A DNA stretch of 64,000 bases from a bacterium BMS3Abin08 (GTDB taxonomy: Bacteria > Nitrospirota > Thermodesulfovibrionia > Thermodesulfovibrionales > JdFR-85), in assembly GCA_002897935.1 (NCBI GenBank), contig BDTA01000096.1, positions 9,679 to 73,678 of the forward strand, written 5' to 3'. Positions 57,277 through 64,000 of this stretch are shown in pieces. Numbering within the stretch: position 1 is the stretch's first letter; every line of letters begins with the position of its first letter. The notes beneath the pieces were generated by a model. The model was not told where the DNA came from. It made no database searches and saw nothing but the letters and a program-made list of their open reading frames with translations. Position numbers and translations under genes: made by a program.

Positions 57277-58215
57277 ATGCCTGACAGTAACATCGAAAGT
57301 CACTTAAAGCAAAACTTTCAGGGAAGGGTACTGAGGGACATAAGCCTCAAGGAGTACACCTCTTTAAACATCGGTGGCAGGGCTGGGTATCTACTCATGC
57401 CGGAAGATCCTCTCAGCCTGAAAAACCTCATTGATTTTCTGACTGAACGGTCCATCGGATATTTCATAATCGGAGGCGGGACCAATCTCCTCGTCCTTGA
57501 CGGGGGAGTTGATGAAGTCCTCATAAGTTTGAGGAGTTTCCATCGCATGGAGGTTGTTGAGGAGCATGGCGACGATGTGGTGGTCTTTGCCCAGGCAGGG
57601 CTTTCACTGCAGGGTCTTGTGCGCTTTTCCGTTAATGAAGGGCTGTCTGGCATTGAGGGCCTTGCAGGGATTCCCGGCACGTTAGGTGGCGCCCTTTTTG
57701 GAAATGCCGGTTCCTTCGGTATTGAAATCCATGATGTCGTAAAGAGAATAACGGTTATAGACGGCGGCGGCATGTCGGTAATTGAAGGGGACGAAATAAG
57801 GACATCCTATCGCAGTAGTGGTATACCCGGGGGAATCACTATAGTTGGCGCCCATTTTACTTTGAAGAGGGATGATCCCCTTGCCGTCAAGAAAAGGGTT
57901 GCCGGGTATATACAGCAGAAGAAGGCTTCTCAGCCGTTGGATGAGAGGTCGGCCGGTTGTGTATTCAAGAACCCCCCGGACCGCAGTGCAGGAAAACTGA
58001 TTGAAGATGCCGGCTGTAAAGGCATGAGGATCGGGGATATAGAGGTAAGCGCAAGGCATGCGAATTTCTTCATAAATCTGGGTGAGGGAAGGGCCGTGGA
58101 CTTCCTGAAGTTAATGAATGAAGTCTTCGGGCGTGTGCTTGATTTCCATGGCATAACCCTTGTGCCGGAGATAAGGATTATCGGAAGGAGGCCGGAGGAG
58201 TCCCGTGCCGGGTGA
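57277..58215 (+). CDS. murB: UDP-N-acetylenolpyruvoylglucosamine reductase
   Basis: 'YTSLNIGGRA', 'IIGGGTNLLV', 'SAGCVFKNP'. Confidence 0.9.
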   Translation: MPDSNIESHLKQNFQGRVLRDISLKEYTSLNIGGRAGYLLMPEDPLSLKNLIDFLTERSIGYFIIGGGTNLLVLDGGVDEVLISLRSFHRMEVVEEHGDDVVVFAQAGLSLQGLVRFSVNEGLSGIEGLAGIPGTLGGALFGNAGSFGIEIHDVVKRITVIDGGGMSVIEGDEIRTSYRSSGIPGGITIVGAHFTLKRDDPLAVKKRVAGYIQQKKASQPLDERSAGCVFKNPPDRSAGKLIEDAGCKGMRIGDIEVSARHANFFINLGEGRAVDFLKLMNEVFGRVLDFHGITLVPEIRIIGRRPEESRAG

Positions 58216-59158
58216 ATTAAGGATACAACTGAAGGGCCTCAGGATAGGTGTTATAGCCGGAGGCGTTTCCGCTGAAAGGGAGGTCTCCTTAAAAAGCGGT
58301 GAGGCCGTTTATAATGCCCTCCTTGAGAGAGGATATAATGCGATCTTTATAGACATGGGAGATAACGTTTGCGAGGATTTAAAAGACAAGCCGGTTGATG
58401 TGGCGTTCATTGTTTTACATGGAGGATGGGGTGAGGACGGCTCGATACAGGGTATGCTTGAGATTATGGGCATTCCTTATACCGGTTCGGGGGTGCTTGC
58501 ATCGGCGCTTGCCATGGACAAGGAGGCCTCAAAGAAGATGTTTGTGTACCATGGTCTCACGGTACCGCCCTGTGTCGTGGGTGGTCTGAAAGGGCGGGGT
58601 GCTGAAGATACCCTCAAGGCAGTTAAGGCTGAACTGTCACCACCCTGGGTTGTGAAGCCTGTCCGGGAAGGTTCGAGTGTGGGTGTGAGTATTGCAGAGA
58701 CAGAGGGGGATCTTGGGGATGCCCTTACAGGGGCGTCCAGGTTCGGCGGCAGGGTGATGGTCGAGACCTATATAAAGGGTGCCGAGGTACAGATAGGTAT
58801 ACTTGGAGACAGGGTTCTGGGCGGGGTCGAGGTAAGGCCGAAAAGCAGATTCTATGACTACAAGGCGAAGTATACCCCGGGTTTTACGGAGTATGTCCTC
58901 CCACCGGGGATTGATGAGAAACTCTATTGCATGACAAAGGAGTCTGCTTACAGCGCTCACAGTGCCCTGGGATGCACGGGGGCTACCCGTGTGGACCTGC
59001 TTATCGACGACAGGGAACGGGTATATGTGCTTGAGGTGAATACAATACCGGGAATGACGGAAACATCGCTTCTGCCGAAGATTGCCGGACTCTCGGGCTA
59101 TGACTTTACCACCCTCATTGAAGAGATCCTTATAGATGGGATCAACAACAGGGTATGA
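58205..59158 (+). CDS. ddl: D-alanine--D-alanine ligase
   Basis: 'VIAGGVSAEREVSLKSG', 'VLHGGWGEDGSIQG', 'LEVNTIPGMT'. Confidence 0.9.
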   Translation: MPGELRIQLKGLRIGVIAGGVSAEREVSLKSGEAVYNALLERGYNAIFIDMGDNVCEDLKDKPVDVAFIVLHGGWGEDGSIQGMLEIMGIPYTGSGVLASALAMDKEASKKMFVYHGLTVPPCVVGGLKGRGAEDTLKAVKAELSPPWVVKPVREGSSVGVSIAETEGDLGDALTGASRFGGRVMVETYIKGAEVQIGILGDRVLGGVEVRPKSRFYDYKAKYTPGFTEYVLPPGIDEKLYCMTKESAYSAHSALGCTGATRVDLLIDDRERVYVLEVNTIPGMTETSLLPKIAGLSGYDFTTLIEEILIDGINNRV

Positions 59159-59931
59159 AAAGAAAAAACAAGAAAAAACAGAACAGGATAAAACCCCGGA
59201 GCGGTAAGTTGTGGGCCGTTATACTCAGGCTGCTGTTGTCAAGGTTCGCAGTCAAGTCCTGTATGCTGGTCGTTTTCCTGCTCCTGGTGTTTCTCTCGGT
59301 AAGGTTTGTTATCAGGGCCTTTACCGTGGAGGAACTCGTGGTCAAGGGCAATAAGTATATATCACGTACGGAGGTGAAGAGGCTTTTGGGCGTTAAGAGA
59401 GATGAGAGCATTCTCACCTGGGATGCGGAAAGGGGGCGGAAACGCCTGCTCAGGTCTCCCTGGATCAGGGATGTGCTGATACGTAAGGACCTGCCTCACA
59501 CGGTTGTCGTCCGGTTATGGGAGAACGAGCCCGTGGCTCTCCTCAACAGGAAGGGTGTCATGTACCTGATAAACCATGAAGGCACGCCCCTTGAGAGATT
59601 GAACCAGACAGTGCCGTTCCTGCCCATAATAGAACTCAGGTCCAACCGTAAGGGCACATTGAAGGAGGCCGTCAAGCTTGCCGAAGCTGTAAGGAGAGAG
59701 AGTATGTTCAGTGACCGTAACATAAGGATAGTGGCTGCATCCCCCCGGGATATAACACTGAAAATTGATGATATGCTGATAAAGGTAGGCAGGGGTGATT
59801 ATGAAAAGAAACTCTCCAGGCTTGCCCGGCTTGAGGATACGCTTGTTCAGAGGAGAATCCCTGTCGACTATATTGATCTGAGGTTTTCTAAAAGGGTGAT
59901 CGTTAGACCCGTAAAGGGACGTAAGCAGTGA
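59155..59931 (+). CDS. ftsQ: Cell division protein FtsQ (POTRA domain)
   Basis: Basic N-terminus plus a single TM, then the POTRA-like 'VEELVVKGNKYISRTEV'. Position between ddl and ftsA. Confidence 0.8.
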   Translation: MKRKNKKKQNRIKPRSGKLWAVILRLLLSRFAVKSCMLVVFLLLVFLSVRFVIRAFTVEELVVKGNKYISRTEVKRLLGVKRDESILTWDAERGRKRLLRSPWIRDVLIRKDLPHTVVVRLWENEPVALLNRKGVMYLINHEGTPLERLNQTVPFLPIIELRSNRKGTLKEAVKLAEAVRRESMFSDRNIRIVAASPRDITLKIDDMLIKVGRGDYEKKLSRLARLEDTLVQRRIPVDYIDLRFSKRVIVRPVKGRKQ

Positions 59932-61151
59932 GCAACGGACAGTTCATAGTGGGCCTTGATGTGGGTACAACCAAGATCTGTGTGATTGTGGGACAGTACC
60001 TAAATGAGAGGATGGATGTGGTTGCGGTGGGTTCCGCCCCATCCATGGGATTAAGAAAGGGCATTGTTGTGAATATAGAGTCGACCATGGAATCGATCAG
60101 GAACGCAACAAAGGACGCGGAAAGGGCCTCGGGTATAGAGATTAATTCAGTATATGTGGGCATTGCAGGGGGACATATCAAGGGCTTTGCAAGTTATGGG
60201 GCTGTGGGAATAAAGGGCGGTGAGGTATCCAGTGACGATATTGAAAGGGCGCTCGATGCCGCCAAGGCCGTCTATGTGCCCCTTGACAGGGAAGTGCTGC
60301 ACGTCATCCCCCTTGAGTATGTTGTTGACGGAGAGGAGGGGATAATGAACCCCGTGGGGATGTCGGGCGTCAGGCTTGAGTCCAGGGTCCAGATTGTTAC
60401 AGGTTCGGTATCTGCTGTGCAGAACCTGATCAGGTGTTGTGAGAGGGCCAATGTTCAGGTGAATGATATCGTCCTTGAACCACTTGCATCATCCCTGTCA
60501 ACCCTGACGGACGATGAAAAGGCCCAGGGGGTTGTGCTTGTCGATGTCGGCGGCGGTACAACGGATATCGCCCTTTACAAGAACGGTGTCCTGACGCATA
60601 CCTCCGTGATAGCCGTCGGTGGAAACCATATTACCAATGATATCGCGATAGGGTTGAGACTCCCCGTTCATGAGGCGGAGCGCGTGAAGATGGAGTACGG
60701 GACTGCGATAATGAACGGAACCGGTTCCGACAAGGAGATTCAGATCATGGTAGCCGGAAGGGATGCAAGGACAATCCCCAGACACTATGTAACGGAGATA
60801 ATTGCACCGAGATGTGAGGAGCTGTTTGATCTGATAAAGAATGAACTGGTGAGTTGCGGTGCCTATGATGAGGCTTCATATGGGCTTGTTATTACCGGGG
60901 GTGCTTCGCAGATGGAAGGGTTTTCCACCCTGGCTGAGGCGGTTCTCGGCCTCCCCGTCAGGATAGGAAGGCCTGCCAATATCGACGGGCTGAAAAACAT
61001 CATTGATGATCCAAGATATGCAACCGGCGTCGGGTTGTTGCTCTACGGTGCGGAACACGAGCTTTCCCCGATTGTTTATGGTGATATCTTTAGTAATATT
61101 TTAAAAAAAATGAAGGGTTGGGTTAAGGGTTTTTTGAAGATCAGAAGTTGA
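59928..61151 (+). CDS. ftsA: Cell division protein FtsA
   Basis: 'IVGLDVGTTKICVIVG', 'VLVDVGGGTTDIALY', 'ITGGASQMEG'. Confidence 0.92.
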   Translation: MSNGQFIVGLDVGTTKICVIVGQYLNERMDVVAVGSAPSMGLRKGIVVNIESTMESIRNATKDAERASGIEINSVYVGIAGGHIKGFASYGAVGIKGGEVSSDDIERALDAAKAVYVPLDREVLHVIPLEYVVDGEEGIMNPVGMSGVRLESRVQIVTGSVSAVQNLIRCCERANVQVNDIVLEPLASSLSTLTDDEKAQGVVLVDVGGGTTDIALYKNGVLTHTSVIAVGGNHITNDIAIGLRLPVHEAERVKMEYGTAIMNGTGSDKEIQIMVAGRDARTIPRHYVTEIIAPRCEELFDLIKNELVSCGAYDEASYGLVITGGASQMEGFSTLAEAVLGLPVRIGRPANIDGLKNIIDDPRYATGVGLLLYGAEHELSPIVYGDIFSNILKKMKGWVKGFLKIRS

Positions 61152-61175
61152 TCCCGTTTAAGAAAAGGAGGTTTT

Positions 61176-62339
61176 ATGTTTGAGATCGAGGAAGTGAGAG
61201 CCCAGTCAGCAAAGATACGTGTTGTGGGTGTGGGTGGTGCCGGTGGAAATGCAGTGAACAATATGATCGGCGCCAATGTGCAGGGGATTGATTTCATTGC
61301 CATCAATACGGATCTCCAGGTGCTGGAGACGTCGCTTGCCCCGAAAAAGCTGCAGATCGGAACGGAACTTACCAAGGGGCTTGGAGCGGGGTCTAATCCT
61401 GAAATTGGACGACAGGCCGCTGACCGTGACAGGGATGCAATAGGCGACATGCTGGAAGACTCGGATATGGTATTTATTACTGCGGGGATGGGTGGCGGTA
61501 CGGGTACGGGAGCATCTTCCGTCATTGCTTCCATTGCAAAAGAGATGGGGGCTTTGACGGTTGCTGTTATAACCAAACCCTTCTTTTATGAAGGCAAGAA
61601 GAGGCTGCTCAATGCCGACTCAGGGATAAAGGAAATAAGGGAGTATGTTGATTCCATCATCGTGATTCCCAATGACAGGATATCCCTTGTTGTTGAGAAG
61701 GGCACCCCCGTGCTGAAGTCCTTTGCCGTTGCAAATGATGTGTTGAGACAGGCGGTCCAGGGTATTTCAGACCTGATACTTACTCCCGGTCTTATTAATC
61801 TTGATTTTGCAGATGTAAAGACCATCATGGAGAACTCGGGAAGGGCCGTCATGGGTGTAGGAACCGGTACAGGCGATGAAGGCGCAACGGTTGCCGCCAA
61901 GAAGGCGATATCCAATCCCCTGCTGGAGGACTCCTCGATTGAAGGTGCCAAGGGTATACTGATTAACATAACGGGAGGTATTGATCTCTCCCTGAATGCC
62001 GTCCAGGAAGCGACTGCGCTGATTTATGATTCCGCGCACGATGACGCAAATATAATCTTCGGTTCTGTAATTGACCCGGATGCAACCGATGAGGTGAGGA
62101 TTACGGTTATAGCCACGGGCTTTGAGCAGAGGAAGGAGAAGGTGGTCCTTGAGGAGGTCAAGACATGGCGTTCAGTTCCTTCATACCCCAAGCCCAAGGA
62201 AAAAGTTGCCTATAAGGGTGCAGAGAGGATACTCTCAAAGACGTTGAACAATGTGGCTGAGGAACCTCTGCCCTCTGAGTTGATGTCCTATGATGATCCA
62301 TATGACATGCCTGCCTTTATGAGAAAGACGGAACAGTAA
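61176..62339 (+). CDS. ftsZ: Cell division GTPase FtsZ
   Basis: 'VVGVGGAGGNAVNNM', tubulin signature 'GMGGGTGTGA', 'NLDFADV'. AAGGAGG RBS. Confidence 0.95.
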   Translation: MFEIEEVRAQSAKIRVVGVGGAGGNAVNNMIGANVQGIDFIAINTDLQVLETSLAPKKLQIGTELTKGLGAGSNPEIGRQAADRDRDAIGDMLEDSDMVFITAGMGGGTGTGASSVIASIAKEMGALTVAVITKPFFYEGKKRLLNADSGIKEIREYVDSIIVIPNDRISLVVEKGTPVLKSFAVANDVLRQAVQGISDLILTPGLINLDFADVKTIMENSGRAVMGVGTGTGDEGATVAAKKAISNPLLEDSSIEGAKGILINITGGIDLSLNAVQEATALIYDSAHDDANIIFGSVIDPDATDEVRITVIATGFEQRKEKVVLEEVKTWRSVPSYPKPKEKVAYKGAERILSKTLNNVAEEPLPSELMSYDDPYDMPAFMRKTEQ

Positions 62340-62370
62340 CGGACTTGCTAACACCTCCCACTCCTCATAA

Positions 62371-62412
62371 GGGCATTCCGCTTTCCCCCGGCGGAATGCC
62401 CTCCTCCTTTTC
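62371..62412 (+). terminator. Hairpin terminator after ftsZ
   Basis: GGGCATTCCGC-tttcccccg-GCGGAATGCCC (11-bp perfect stem) followed by the pyrimidine-rich TCCTCCTTTTCC. Confidence 0.6.
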
Positions 62413-62625
62413 CTTACATAAAGAAAACCCTCATCCGGCATCCGGAGCCCTCTGGATTTCCGCTTTCCAGTCCGTGTCACAAACCTGAAAAAGCATGTAA
62501 TGTCATTCTGAATCCTTCGTCCCGAAAACTCCCGGGGCATCATTTCAGTATCATGTGTTTTATTATGGGTCCTGACCGGATAGTTAATACCAAGAAATAA
62601 AAATATTGGAAAATCAAAATATTAC

Positions 62626-62654
62626 TTGTCAATTGTCAATAACTATGATACAAT
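62626..62654 (+). promoter_or_regulatory. Sigma70-like promoter candidate TTGTCA-17 nt-TACAAT with no nearby ORF
   Basis: Spacing counted directly from the sequence. The next supported CDS on this strand starts at 63291. Confidence 0.3.
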
Positions 62655-62792
62655 GACAAAAAGTATCTAATATAGCGTTAGGCCTTATTACAAGCCTGGA
62701 TAGAGTGTTGGCTGAACAAGTGATCCTCCACATAGAATTTTTGCTTCACGACATCCCTGCAGACCTGACGGGATTGAAATTTCTATAGTAAA

Positions 62793-62959
62793 CTTGATGG
62801 CGTCGTAAAAAATCGATCTCCTGCGTCGTAGCGGGTACACCCAATGCTCAACATACCATATGTATGTCTCCGCTTGGGCGACACCACTATTCCTTGTATA
62901 TCGAATTTTTACTTAGCCATCCTAAAACGGTACTATGGATTTTTTACGAGTCCATCAAA
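62793..62959. mobile_element. MITE-like element, 'CTTGATG..CTCGTAAAAA' TIR family, copy 3 (different cargo)
   Basis: TIRs CTTGATGGCGTCGTAAAAAATC / GATTTTTTACGAGTCCATCAAA. The interior lacks the hairpin modules. Confidence 0.65.
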
Positions 62960-63290
62960 CTTACTAAAAAGAAATAAAAATATTCCGGAAGTAAGTGGAT
63001 GGATGTCCTTGATGCTCGCCAGGATTGTTATGGGCAATAGTCAGATAAGAAATAAACTGTCATCAGGAACTATGGTTGGGGTACTACGGTGTTTTTAATC
63101 TTCTTTAAAAGTAGCCCGGAATTAAAGGAATAATATTGCCTGCATTTATCAGTGATGTTGTTGTCCACATTATTATTGTATTAAGGGATGGGGTTATGGA
63201 TCAATAATTTAAGCTGACAATCCTTTGCCGGCAACAGCTTACGCCGTGCCATAAGTTGGCATTCGCAGTGGATTGGTAAGGAGTAACATT

Positions 63291-63728
63291 ATGAGACTAA
63301 GAGTGGTTGTTGTGGATGACGATGAGTTGATTAGGTCTTTAACATCTTCTGCCTTGGAGAGTCGGGGATACGAAGTTATAGCTTGTTCCGAGCCTCTTTT
63401 CTGTCCTGTTTATTTGGATCGCAAATGCCCGTGTCCCCAGAATCAACTTTGTTGTGATGTTATCATTACCGATATCAATATGCCCAACATGACAGGCTTG
63501 GAATTCATAGAAAACCAGAGAAAGAATGGTTGCAAAGTTCCATACATGGCGATAATGTCAGGGTCATGGACTGATGCTGAGCTTGAGCAAGCTAAAAGTC
63601 TCGGTTGCCATGTATTCAGGAAGCCACTCAGCATTGATGTGTTTGATGAGTGGCTGGATGAATGCGAAAAGAGTATAGATCCAAACAGGAAATTGTCGGA
63701 TTTTCCATACAAGAATCAACAAGACTAA
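63291..63728 (+). CDS. Response-regulator receiver protein with Cys-rich insertion
   Basis: AAGGAG RBS. 'VVVVDDDE', phospho-acceptor 'VIITDINMPNMTG', 'IMSGS', 'VFRKPL'. The insertion 'CSEPLFCPVYLDRKCPCPQNQLCC' lies between strand 2 and strand 3. Confidence 0.8.
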   Translation: MRLRVVVVDDDELIRSLTSSALESRGYEVIACSEPLFCPVYLDRKCPCPQNQLCCDVIITDINMPNMTGLEFIENQRKNGCKVPYMAIMSGSWTDAELEQAKSLGCHVFRKPLSIDVFDEWLDECEKSIDPNRKLSDFPYKNQQD

Positions 63729-64000
63729 CACAGACGCGTAGCTGATGAAAGGAAGCTATATGGGACACTTTCTTCAGGGTTGCATATTATGCAACGCTAT
63801 TGACAGGGAAGACAAGAAGTCACAAAATTATATCATGCTGCGAAAGTCAAGATTAGACATCCCCAGGGGCCTTGCACCATGTATTGCATCGCTTTTGTAA
63901 GTTCTGGAATTGATAAAAACAGATGAGAATGTTTCCACCTGATGCAGGAAGCATAAAGAGCAGTCCGCATTTCTCTGCCCGCTGGTGTATATAAAGGATT

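Noticed and set aside
62844-63098. 84-aa ORF between ftsZ and the response regulator.
   Set aside because: It starts inside the MITE (62793-62959), has no RBS and gives an AT-rich, low-complexity translation.

Overview
A 64 kb bacterial chromosomal segment, densely coding and mostly housekeeping. The calls below rest on reading the supplied ORF translations and the raw sequence, with no database search and no computed statistics.

**Housekeeping content, left to right**
- Partial pepA, then galT-like and glgA.
- A 1398-aa multi-GAF/PAS histidine kinase with a CheY-like regulator, then an RNA m5U methyltransferase.
- Convergent ubiX and ubiD, a FadL-type outer-membrane protein, and lgt.
- sdhAB and sdhCD, ino1, rplI-dnaB, and rplU-rpmA.
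- trmFO-xerC-hslVU, rlpA, argB and pcm.
- A canonical dcw cluster: ftsI-murE-murF-mraY-murD-ftsW-murG-murC-murB-ddl-ftsQ-ftsA-ftsZ.

**Main candidate system (17.1-23.0 kb)**
This is a compact, RiPP-like locus. A 54-codon Cys-containing precursor ORF sits beside a PqqD-type recognition protein, a radical-SAM/SPASM enzyme, an HPr-kinase-like P-loop protein, an ABC exporter without a peptidase domain, and a TM-less S24/S26-type peptidase. I cannot assign its product class from sequence.

**Other points worth a second look**
- The intergenic space is saturated with modular 'GTCATTCC...GGAATGAC' hairpin repeats. These are organised into at least two MITE-like families with terminal inverted repeats, plus a ~320-350 bp composite element present twice.
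- A small CxxC...CxxC ORF downstream of ubiD has an in-frame TGA followed by a hairpin.
- The sdh operon is split by about 1 kb of gene debris.
- A decayed hicBA pair and two exported hypothetical proteins form an AT-richer islet directly upstream of ftsI, where mraZ, rsmH and ftsL are absent.
- A receiver domain at the right edge carries a Cys-rich insertion.

No rRNA gene, tRNA gene or CRISPR array was recognised.
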